Source of the DNA: a virus
Length of the DNA stretch: 42,544 nucleotides
Virus record (IMG/VR): IMGVR_UViG_3300009678_000029
Location: 1-42,544 of that record
Strand: one strand, 5' to 3'
The notes under the pieces were generated by a model, which worked only from the letters and a program-made list of their open reading frames with translations, was not told the origin of the DNA and searched no databases. Below are positions 6,596 through 13,866 of the stretch, piece after piece. The position numbers and the translations under genes were made by a program. Position 1 is the first letter of the stretch, and each line of letters begins with the position of its first letter.

Positions 6596-8340
6596 ACCGC
6601 ACCATCGAACAGCAGCTCGCTCGCTTTGACGCCGTCGCGATCGGCTTCGACGAGGCGCTTCGCGCCGAGCCGCTGCAGATACGTGTCCCGGCTCGAGCGC
6701 GCATAGCCTGTTATTTCACTGATGACGTCGCGGGCGACGGCTTTCGGGTAGTCCGCCACGACGATGTCGAGGATCTTCCGCTCGCCTTCGGGCAGCCGCC
6801 GGCGCCAATGCTCCAGGAGTTCGGCGCCGATCGGCAGCGGCTCGAAGTCCGGACCGAGCGCGGCGAGGCCTGCCGACGTTGCGAGCGCGCTCGTGCCGGC
6901 GACCTGGACCAGGCCCTTCTCGCTCAGGCGCTGCAGATACGTGTGGTGCGTCGACCGGCGGTAGCCGGTGAGGACGGTCAGCTGCTTGCGACTGCAGCCT
7001 TCCGGGTAATGCGCCACGGCGCGCAGGACGGCGGCTTCGCCCTTGGGGAGCGCGCCGTCAAAAACCTCCCGGGCGGGAGGGATCTGCCGAGCCGGGAGGG
7101 AAACGGTCGGCCTTTTTCCGGGGACCGGTTGGCGGACTGCAGCCGTCTGCACTGGCTTCGTGGCTCGGGCAATGGCGACGTCGATGCGCTCGAGCGCGTC
7201 CGTCAGGATCCTTCTGCCCTCCGTCATACGCTCCGCCACGCCACGCGCGTCCGCAAAGACCTGCTGAATCACGACGAGCGCCTGCTTGAGTCCGGTAAGG
7301 TGTTCCTCGGTCAGCATGGGTACGGCCACACGCTCGATCTTCGTCTCGACGCGCGGCTCGATCTTGACGGTGCCCTTCTTGGCGAGCTCGCGCTGCAAGC
7401 GACCGACCTGCTCGCGCAGCAGCTTCGGGTCCTCCGCCTTCGCCTTCTCGATCGTGGCCGCCATGTCAGTCCGGATCCGCTCGAGATCGATCGGCGCGAG
7501 CTCGCGGGCGACCGCCGCGGCGCCGACCTCCGGCGTGGCGGACGCGTTGAACGATCGCTTCTCGAGGATCCCGACGACCTCGGAGATCTCCAGCCACTCG
7601 GGGCTCCACACGTGCGGCCGCCCGGTCTTCAGCTTCGGCAGCTCGGCGCCGATGTCCTGGTCGGCGATCGCCTTGTCTTTGATCCACGACTCGATCGCCT
7701 TCCGCTCGTGGCTGCCGGTGGTGCGAAACACGAACAGCGTCTGCGCCAGATTGAGCGCCTTCTTGGAGACGTCCTGCGGCCGCTGGGTGATGAGCGACGT
7801 TCCAATGCCGAAGTTGCGGCCGATCTTCTGCATCCGGATGAACGCATGCTTCATGTGCTCCTCGCCGCGCTGCTCGTTCTCGGGGACGAATTCCTGGCAC
7901 TCCTCGAGGAACAGGTGCACGGCGCTCGGCGAGGCCTTCTTGCGAAAGAAGAACCGATCGGCGAAGCCGCGGGCGAAGCGCGCCTTGTCGGTGTCCGTCT
8001 CGAACTGCGAGACGTCCAGGATGGCCGAGATCGCGCGGTCGATGATGAGATCGGCGAGCAGCGCACCGCCCGTCGGCTCGAGCGGCACGTCGCCGTGCAG
8101 CCCGCCGAAGATCGGGATCGTGATGTCGCTCGGCCGCTTGCCGTCGCCGGCGAGGCGCAGGCCATACCACACGCCGACGGGATCCAGGACGATGAACTGC
8201 GCACCGGCGTCCCACATCAGCTCGGCGAGCTTCGAGGCGCCGTACGTCTTGCCGCTGCCCGTCGTGCCGATCCACGCGAGCTTCTGCGTCACGGCCTCGA
8301 CGGGCAGCGCGAGCTCGTCGGCGAGCTTGAGTTTCTTCAC
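6592..8340 (-). CDS. FtsK/HerA-superfamily P-loop ATPase (DUF87/HerA-like motifs) with coiled-coil linker and two C-terminal winged-helix repeats
   Basis: 582 aa. Walker A GTTGSGKT, FIVLDPVG, Walker B-like HLFLEECQEF, TSLITQRPQD. Two repeats of L-P-x-G-E...TGY-x-RS...TYLQRL...LV. The GTG start overlaps the int stop (GTGA). Confidence 0.8.
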   Translation of the reverse strand: MKKLKLADELALPVEAVTQKLAWIGTTGSGKTYGASKLAELMWDAGAQFIVLDPVGVWYGLRLAGDGKRPSDITIPIFGGLHGDVPLEPTGGALLADLIIDRAISAILDVSQFETDTDKARFARGFADRFFFRKKASPSAVHLFLEECQEFVPENEQRGEEHMKHAFIRMQKIGRNFGIGTSLITQRPQDVSKKALNLAQTLFVFRTTGSHERKAIESWIKDKAIADQDIGAELPKLKTGRPHVWSPEWLEISEVVGILEKRSFNASATPEVGAAAVARELAPIDLERIRTDMAATIEKAKAEDPKLLREQVGRLQRELAKKGTVKIEPRVETKIERVAVPMLTEEHLTGLKQALVVIQQVFADARGVAERMTEGRRILTDALERIDVAIARATKPVQTAAVRQPVPGKRPTVSLPARQIPPAREVFDGALPKGEAAVLRAVAHYPEGCSRKQLTVLTGYRRSTHHTYLQRLSEKGLVQVAGTSALATSAGLAALGPDFEPLPIGAELLEHWRRRLPEGERKILDIVVADYPKAVARDVISEITGYARSSRDTYLQRLGAKRLVEADRDGVKASELLFDGAV

Positions 8341-9554
8341 GGCTGTCCCCCCGAATGTCCCCCACTCTTCGGTGGGTTTTCGCCGGTTTCGATGGGTTCC
8401 TTCGGGTTCAGTCCGGCTTTAGCTTTCGGGGCCGTGCTCGGGCGGGCTTGACTACGGATCAAGAGGCTGGGAGTTCGAGTCTTCCTGGGCGCACTTGCAC
8501 TTACGAGGTCGTCGACCGCGGCTGTCCCCCGTGTTGTCCCCCATGATTGGAGCACGTGCGTGAGCCGGGTCTCGCACTCGTCGTAGATCCGCTCCGTCTC
8601 CTGCCAGCCGTAGTCGAGTTTCCCGCGCGCGTGCCCAAGCAAGGCCTCACGCCAGAGGAACGAGATCCCCGCCAGGTCGCACCAGAGCGCGAACGAATCG
8701 CGGCCGTCCTTCGGCCGAACGCCCACGCCGGCGCCGCGCAGCGCGCGCTGGAATTGCTGGAGCGTGCCGACGGGCTCGGGGATTGCTCCCAGAAGTGGGA
8801 CGATACGATCGCGCGCGTCGGCTTTCGTGCCCCTGATGTGTAGCCGGCCGTCCTCGATGGCCCACTTGTTGGCGAAGTACTCGTCGGGCAACATGCCCGA
8901 GCAGCAGAGCGCCCACCACATCGCGCCGACGTCGCCGCCGAGCGTCTCACGGATCGCCGCCGCTTCGTCGGGCCGCTGCGGATTTTTCGCGCGCTTCACC
9001 GGTTCGGGCAGCGGCTCGAGCGTGGCGAGCTCGGTGGCTAGTGCATGCTCGTTCGTGATCGTGTCGCGGAGGAAGGCACGCAGGTAGGCGATCGCGCGAT
9101 TGAACATAGCGCCCTGCTTCAGGCTATCACAGGCGGCGCGATAGAGAACGCAGGCCTGCCGGAGCTCGGCGAGCGTCGCGGGCGTGCTGGTGCGCTCGAG
9201 ACCCGCGCGCGCCCAGGCCGCGAACTTCCGATACGCGAGACTCGGCTTCTTGAGCCGCCAGGCCTCGAACGTCTCGCCGAACGGGAGCGCGTGCTCTGGT
9301 GTTGGGAGCCGTTGCCACGCGCCGGCGCGATAGACCGTCCAGACCTGGCGCAAGCTGATGCGGCCGGCGCGCACCGCGCGCAGCAGTTCGTCGGCGCGGC
9401 CCGACTCGAACAGGACGCGCAGCATTTCCTTGAGCCGCGGCACCATCGCGGGATCCGCGAAGCCGCTGGCCCGCTCGATCTGGCCAACGCCGCGGAATCC
9501 GATGCGGACGATCGGCGTGCCCCGCCCGTGCGACTTCCGAATCATTGGCGTCAC
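8337..9554 (-). CDS. int: Tyrosine integrase (divergent), with a C-terminal tail encoded by the attP region
   Basis: 405 aa. HIRGTKADARDRIVPL (Lys hairpin), DGRDSFALW (box II Arg), LLGHA, downstream Tyr (KLDYGW or ERIYDE). Preceded by an excisionase-like gene; attP lies inside its 3' end. Confidence 0.8.
   Translation of the reverse strand: MTPMIRKSHGRGTPIVRIGFRGVGQIERASGFADPAMVPRLKEMLRVLFESGRADELLRAVRAGRISLRQVWTVYRAGAWQRLPTPEHALPFGETFEAWRLKKPSLAYRKFAAWARAGLERTSTPATLAELRQACVLYRAACDSLKQGAMFNRAIAYLRAFLRDTITNEHALATELATLEPLPEPVKRAKNPQRPDEAAAIRETLGGDVGAMWWALCCSGMLPDEYFANKWAIEDGRLHIRGTKADARDRIVPLLGAIPEPVGTLQQFQRALRGAGVGVRPKDGRDSFALWCDLAGISFLWREALLGHARGKLDYGWQETERIYDECETRLTHVLQSWGTTRGTAAVDDLVSASAPRKTRTPSLLIRSQARPSTAPKAKAGLNPKEPIETGENPPKSGGHSGGQP
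8344..8363 (+). repeat. Candidate integrase arm-type sites (P arm): TGTCCCCC x2, 12-nt phasing
   Basis: TGTCCCCC at 8344-8351 and 8356-8363. The same pair with the same spacing recurs at 8523-8542 on the other side of the core. Confidence 0.55.
8447..8493 (+). other. attP core: 3' half of a tRNA-Arg(ACG) (anticodon arm, variable loop, T arm, 3' acceptor strand, discriminator A)
   Basis: CTTGA-CTACGGA-TCAAG (U33, anticodon ACG), AGGCT, GGGAG-TTCGAGT-CTTCC (T54 T55 C56 A58, G53:C61), TGGGCGC-A. There is no matching 5' acceptor or D arm upstream, so this is a fragment. Confidence 0.8.
8523..8542 (+). repeat. Candidate integrase arm-type sites (P' arm): TGTCCCCC x2, 12-nt phasing
   Basis: TGTCCCCC at 8523-8530 and 8535-8542; both pairs are preceded by GGC. 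Confidence 0.55.
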
Positions 9555-9802
9555 GACTCGCCCCGCAGCGCGGCGAGTGCGGCAATTCCGGGTGAGAATG
9601 CGTCAGCGCGATCGCGGGCTGTCTGGCCCGCAGCAAGGATCGCCGCCGCTACACGGGGCGCGAGTTCGTTCGCGAGGTATGCGGGCCACCCGTGGTGTGG
9701 ACCATCGTAGCCGGGCGGCGGCTCCCACTCTAAGATTTCTGCCGTGCTGCGACCCAGCACTTGAGCCAATGTCTCCGCCACCTGCTGCTCGAATTCGGTC
9801 AT
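9551..9802 (-). CDS. Hypothetical protein (83 aa)
   Basis: The internal ATG at 9802 of ORF 9551..9826 overlaps the upstream stop; its stop overlaps the int start. Confidence 0.5.
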   Translation of the reverse strand: MTEFEQQVAETLAQVLGRSTAEILEWEPPPGYDGPHHGWPAYLANELAPRVAAAILAAGQTARDRADAFSPGIAALAALRGES

Positions 9803-10005
9803 GCCACCTCCTGCTGCTTGGCCCACTTCAAAACGGTCTCCCGCAAATAGCGCCGCCGCGGCCGCTTCTGTCCATGCCCGATCGTGAGGTACGGAATCGG
9901 CAAGGCGCGCAGGGTGTCGACGTCGACCTTGAGCAACGCGGCCGCCTGCTCGGACGTGAGGACGGGCTCGTCACCAACGGCAGCCCCCGTCACGAGGCTC
10001 GCCAC
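9799..10005 (-). CDS. Excisionase-type HTH DNA-binding protein
   Basis: 68 aa. LTSEQAAALLKVDVDTLRAL...RRYLRETVLKWAK resembles excisionase/MerR-like HTH. Located upstream of int. Confidence 0.65.
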   Translation of the reverse strand: MASLVTGAAVGDEPVLTSEQAAALLKVDVDTLRALPIPYLTIGHGQKRPRRRYLRETVLKWAKQQEVA

Positions 10006-10286
10006 AACCGCGCCTTGTAGCCACTCGGCGTGAGCCGCGTCTCAACGAGCCGCTGGACCTGGCCCAGGCGCCCCAGTTCGGACATGCGCCGGGCGACCGC
10101 GATCGGATCCAAACCGCAGACGTCTGCAATCTCGACGTAGGTCCGCGCGATCCCGTCCGCGAGTGCAGCGAGGATCTTCGCGCGGTGTGCAGCCGCGCCG
10201 TCGATCATGCCGTTGGCAGCTTCGACGGACGTCTCCGGATCGACGCGCCGGACGCCGGGCAGCAGGGCGAGCTGCTCGTCGCTCAT
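9990..10286 (-). CDS. Winged-helix (MarR/ArsR-like) DNA-binding protein (98 aa)
   Basis: ATG at 10286 overlaps the upstream stop. AHRAKILAALADGIARTYVEIADVCGLDPIAVARRMSELGRLGQV. Confidence 0.6.
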   Translation of the reverse strand: MSDEQLALLPGVRRVDPETSVEAANGMIDGAAAHRAKILAALADGIARTYVEIADVCGLDPIAVARRMSELGRLGQVQRLVETRLTPSGYKARLWRAS

Positions 10287-10561
10287 CGCCGGTGCTCGTC
10301 TGCGTGAACGCACGTGGCGAAATGGCTCTGATACAGCCGCTCGTCCTTCGCGGGCTCCGCCGTGAACGTCGCCAGGATGTCCTTGCCGGGGCGCAGGTCG
10401 TCGTCGTTGAATCCCATCTGCGCCTCATCGAGCACCGTCTCGTCAATGCGAAAGCCCCGCGCCGCTGGCCACGGCTCGGCGTCGACGGGCATCCGCTTCC
10501 CGTTCGTGGTGATCGTCCAGATGATCGGATCGCCGCAGGAGCGGCAGCGCGAGAGCTTCAC
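10283..10561 (-). CDS. Zinc-ribbon protein (92 aa)
   Basis: CRSCGDPIIW...GKRMPVD...HFATC motif; coupled starts and stops. Confidence 0.6.
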   Translation of the reverse strand: MKLSRCRSCGDPIIWTITTNGKRMPVDAEPWPAARGFRIDETVLDEAQMGFNDDDLRPGKDILATFTAEPAKDERLYQSHFATCVHADEHRR

Positions 10562-10737
10562 AGATTGCCCGTCCCCTCACACAGCGGGCAATTCCCGGGG
10601 CGCTGGGCCCGCGTGAGCGAGAAGCTGTTCACAAACAACGTGCCCGCACACTTTGGGCACGCGTTCGGAAATGCGGCGGCGACCGCGAGGCTGATCGCCT
10701 CGCCACAGCGCGCGCAATACATCGTGAGCGGCGTCAT
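10558..10737 (-). CDS. Small zinc-ribbon protein (59 aa)
   Basis: The internal ATG at 10737 overlaps the upstream stop (ATGA). CARCG...CPKC...CPLC. Confidence 0.5.
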   Translation of the reverse strand: MTPLTMYCARCGEAISLAVAAAFPNACPKCAGTLFVNSFSLTRAQRPGNCPLCEGTGNL

Positions 10738-11138
10738 CGCGCCGACTCCGCGATCACCGACGTCCACAGCTGCCACTCGGTCTCGGGCAAATACGCGAGC
10801 GGCGTCGTCCACGACGGCCACGCGCGGCGCACGAACGGGCGCCCATCCGAGCGCCGGCCCCAGTGCCACAGCGGCACCGGGCGATCGGTGCCCAGCCCCT
10901 CGGTCGCGATGTCCTTCTCGGGATCCTCGTCGCCCTCGTCGCGTTGCGCCAGCGCGTCGCACTGCGCGTTGAGTGTCGCCAGCGCCGAGGCGCCCGGCGC
11001 GATCCCACGGCGCGGCACGACCGACACGGCGCGCCAGCGCTGCACCAGCCACGCGACGCCGAAGCACAGCAGCCCGATCCCCACGATGCCGACGTAGACC
11101 AGGGCGCCGGCCGCCAGGACCCCGACGATAATCCTCAT
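10734..11138 (-). CDS. Membrane-anchored protein (134 aa, N-terminal TM helix)
   Basis: ATG at 11138 overlaps the stop of 11135..11701. MRIIVGVLAAGALVYVGIVGIGLLCFGVAWLV. Confidence 0.55.
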   Translation of the reverse strand: MRIIVGVLAAGALVYVGIVGIGLLCFGVAWLVQRWRAVSVVPRRGIAPGASALATLNAQCDALAQRDEGDEDPEKDIATEGLGTDRPVPLWHWGRRSDGRPFVRRAWPSWTTPLAYLPETEWQLWTSVIAESAR

Positions 11139-11701
11139 GCGTCCGCCTGGATGGGCGGCGGCGCCGCCGACGGCCGCTGATCGCGGACCTTGTGCTCGTA
11201 CCGCCCGCCGCCCGTGCCCGGGGCCGCGCCCATCGTGAAGGCGACTCCCGCCTTCCAGTGCAGCGCCGCGTTGTGCAGGATCAGCAGCCGGTAGATTTGA
11301 TTCCCCTCGCGGGTGATGGCGACGAGATGCTCCCCCATCCGCGCGTCGCAGACGGGGCACGGCGTCCACCGGCCCGTGGCGGGATCCTGCCAGGCGTTCT
11401 TCTCCCAGTCGTCGTACTGTCCCTGCAATCCGCTCGCCGGCCCCGACCCACGGGCGATGCCCTTGCCCAGCGCGAGCAGCTCGCCCGGCTTCGGGAACCA
11501 GCGGCCGGCGCTCTTGAGATAGGCGTCGACGGCCCCGGTGAACTGCGCGGTCGTGAGCTCGCCGCAGATCTGCGCGTAATCGGTGGCGAACTCCAGCACT
11601 TCGGGCGGCGCGTGCGCCGGCCGGTTGTAGACTCGGAGTAGGCGATCGAGTTGCGCCATCACATCGGAGCGGTTCAGCGGCAGCGACAGGGGCATGGTCA
11701 C
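11135..11701 (-). CDS. Hypothetical protein (188 aa), replication-module context
   Basis: ORF track. Start overlaps the stop of the putative replication organiser. No NTPase motif. Confidence 0.6.
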   Translation of the reverse strand: MTMPLSLPLNRSDVMAQLDRLLRVYNRPAHAPPEVLEFATDYAQICGELTTAQFTGAVDAYLKSAGRWFPKPGELLALGKGIARGSGPASGLQGQYDDWEKNAWQDPATGRWTPCPVCDARMGEHLVAITREGNQIYRLLILHNAALHWKAGVAFTMGAAPGTGGGRYEHKVRDQRPSAAPPPIQADA

Positions 11702-12594
11702 CGTGCGGCCTCTTCCTCACGCCGACGCTCGGCCTCAGCCGCGAGCCGCATCTTCTCGTAATCGCGCAGCGGTCCCGGTTGCCCGGCGGCTTGCTGCTTC
11801 GCCCACGCCTCGCGCACGGGCGCCTCGAAGTACCTCAGCGTGTGCGGCTGGCGGTTCAGCGGCGTCGCGCGGAACTCTTTCGCGCGCTCGCGCAGCACCT
11901 TCTCGGCCAGTTCGACGGGGATGCCAGCCGACTCCCACGCCAGGGCAACGTCGCCATCCTCGCCGGCGTGGAGCGCGTGGTAGGCGCCGGCGAGGCGTTC
12001 GCTGAGGACCTGGTTCACAGCGATCACGCAGCGCGTCGCGTAGCCCATAGCTGCTGCTGTTGTAGTAGGACTGGACTGCACTGCACTGGACAGCACAGCA
12101 CTGCCCTGCACAGCCAACGCTGGACCGGGCGCGGAAATTCCGCGCTCTTTCCTTATACTTGTCCGTGGACGCGTCCGCGTCCCTTTGGACCGTGCCAACC
12201 TTTTGCGCTTGCGGTCCTTAGCGAGCTTGAGCACGCTACCGCCCGTCCATTCGAGCCAGTCGTGGATGAGCAGCCGGCCGTCCGGACGGCGGTCGATATG
12301 CCCCGACGCTACGAGCAGCTCGCGCGCATCCTTGCGCGCCCATTCGGTGCCGTGGAGCCACTGCAGCAGCGACTTCCGGATGGACGCCTGATGCGCCGCG
12401 GTCACGTCCCCGTCCGGGTGATGTTCCGCGGCCCAGGCCCAGAACTCGTCGAGCACCGAGATCGCGATCGCCAGCCAGGCGACGTCGTCCCGCCCCGGGA
12501 AGAGATCCCCGGCGCCCTGACTGAGGAGCTCGGCCAGCACGTAGGTCTTTCGGTTGCTCGAGCGCTGTGTGTCGACTTGGATCCACAGGCTCAC
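11698..12594 (-). CDS. Putative replication initiator/organiser (298 aa) with an internal low-complexity linker carrying iteron-like repeats
   Basis: ORF 11698..12732. GTG at 12594 is preceded by GGAGG 5 nt upstream. Two domains are joined by the linker KRKRLARSKG...AVQGSAVLSSAVQSS. Function inferred from position and the lambda O-like layout. Confidence 0.5.
   Translation of the reverse strand: MSLWIQVDTQRSSNRKTYVLAELLSQGAGDLFPGRDDVAWLAIAISVLDEFWAWAAEHHPDGDVTAAHQASIRKSLLQWLHGTEWARKDARELLVASGHIDRRPDGRLLIHDWLEWTGGSVLKLAKDRKRKRLARSKGTRTRPRTSIRKERGISAPGPALAVQGSAVLSSAVQSSPTTTAAAMGYATRCVIAVNQVLSERLAGAYHALHAGEDGDVALAWESAGIPVELAEKVLRERAKEFRATPLNRQPHTLRYFEAPVREAWAKQQAAGQPGPLRDYEKMRLAAEAERRREEEAAR
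12070..12114. repeat. Three tandem 15-bp iteron-like repeats (ACTGGACTGCACTGC / ACTGGACAGCACAGC / ACTGCCCTGCACAGC)
   Basis: Read directly. Followed by palindromes GCGGAAATTCCGC (12131-12143) and GGACGCGTCC (12167-12176) and a lower-GC patch. Confidence 0.5.
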
Positions 12595-12646
12595 CGCTTC
12601 CTCCGGCGCCGGCGCACGTCGTCCTGGCGAGACCACGAGCGACCGT

Positions 12647-12811
12647 TCACTGGCGTTCCGTGCACTTCGTGCAGACCTGCCGGCCGGTGGCCAACAGGAT
12701 GGGATCCCAGGCGCAGCCCCCCGGGCAGGCACGGTCCTCGGTGCATCCGCACTTCGCGCACCGCGGCCAGGGCTTCGGCTTCGCGCGGCGCTTTGGCTTG
12801 GGGCGGCTCAC
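12647..12811 (-). CDS. Small basic Cys-rich protein (54 aa), absent from the ORF track
   Basis: GTG at 12811 overlaps the ParB-like stop (GTGA). High GC3. VSRPKPKRRAKPKPWPRCAKCGCTEDRACPGGCAWDPILLATGRQVCTKCTERQ. Confidence 0.45.
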   Translation of the reverse strand: MSRPKPKRRAKPKPWPRCAKCGCTEDRACPGGCAWDPILLATGRQVCTKCTERQ

Positions 12812-13866
12812 TTCTTGGCCTTCTTCTTGGCGGGTTTCTTCTCGGCCTTCGCCTTGGCAGCGGCAGCCTTCTCCTCGGCCACGACGATCTTTTCGGCGTC
12901 GCGCTCGAGCGCGGCCTCGACGCTCGTCAAGCTGTTGTTCAGCCAGAACAGCAACGCCATCGCGACCGGCTGCGCCGCGGCCGTTTCGGGCAGGCCGCGC
13001 TTCGACCAGCCCCCGCCCAGCTTCGGGCGCATGGCCTCGAAGACGTGCCGCGCGCGCGGGCCCGCGTCACCGAAATCGATGTCGTTCTCGAGGTCCGGCT
13101 CGAGCATGCGATCGCGCGCCATCCAGCTCGCGAACTCGGCGGGCAGCTTGATCTGCTTGGCGAGCGCGACGACGCCCAGCGCCCACTGCGGCGCGCGCTC
13201 CTGGATCAGTCGGAGCGTGACGTCTTCGACGCGGTGCGTGTGCTGCTCTTCCAGCGTGCGCTTGCGCTCGGCGGCCGCCTCCGCGTTCTGGCGCTTCTCG
13301 TCGCTGCCACTCGACGTCGCGGTCGTGCCCTTCTTGGCGCGTTTCTTTGCCGCCTCAGCGCGCTTGACGTGCTCGGGCCAGTGGACTTTGCACTTCTGCT
13401 TGTTGATGCAGACGCGGAAGACTTCACCCTGTCCACGGCCAGATGCGACGAACCCGTAGCCCGTCGCCTCCTCGAGCGGATGCAGATCGTCGCGCTGAAG
13501 GTTCTCGACGTTCAGGACCTCGATGAACGCGCGATCGTCGAGCTCCACGACCTTCGCCTCGAGCGCGTCGACGCCGCGGTACTTCGCCCCGTCAGGCTGT
13601 TGCTTGACCGCGAGCGTCGCGGCACGGTAGCGCCGATGGCCGGCGGCAATCTCGTAGCCGCCGCTCTTGCGCGACCGGACGATGATCGGCGTGAGCTGCC
13701 CGGTCTGGAGCAGGGACGCCGCGAGCTCCTTGAGGGCCGCCTCGTCGTACCGCTGCCGCGGATTGTGGGACGACTCGTGCAGCTCACCCAGGGGGATCCG
13801 GCGCAGCTCGCCGGCGGGCGAGCCGTTCGATGGTGCCGCTTTCGGCGGCGTGGCGACGGCGGTCAT
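12808..13866 (-). CDS. ParB-like N-terminal (ParB/Srx) domain protein with a Lys-rich tail
   Basis: IPLGELHESSHNPRQRYDEAALKELAASLLQTGQLTPIIVR...YEIAAGHRRYRAA; C-terminal AKAKAEKKPAKKKAKK. Confidence 0.85.
   Translation of the reverse strand: MTAVATPPKAAPSNGSPAGELRRIPLGELHESSHNPRQRYDEAALKELAASLLQTGQLTPIIVRSRKSGGYEIAAGHRRYRAATLAVKQQPDGAKYRGVDALEAKVVELDDRAFIEVLNVENLQRDDLHPLEEATGYGFVASGRGQGEVFRVCINKQKCKVHWPEHVKRAEAAKKRAKKGTTATSSGSDEKRQNAEAAAERKRTLEEQHTHRVEDVTLRLIQERAPQWALGVVALAKQIKLPAEFASWMARDRMLEPDLENDIDFGDAGPRARHVFEAMRPKLGGGWSKRGLPETAAAQPVAMALLFWLNNSLTSVEAALERDAEKIVVAEEKAAAAKAKAEKKPAKKKAKK

Noticed and set aside
6583-8451. 622-aa plus-strand ORF; similar long plus-strand ORFs at 11779-14316 (845 aa), 985-2085 and 27339-28460
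   Set aside because: They are antisense to minus-strand genes with clear motifs (ATPase, ParB-like, fibre proteins). They are Arg/Leu/Asp/Gly-rich low-complexity translations with poor codon periodicity, the usual open antisense frames of high-GC DNA.
8447-8493. A functional tRNA-Arg gene
   Set aside because: Only the anticodon arm, variable loop, T arm and 3' acceptor strand are present. The 26 nt upstream cannot form an acceptor 5' strand or D arm, and no CCA follows. It is an attP core fragment, not a tRNA gene.
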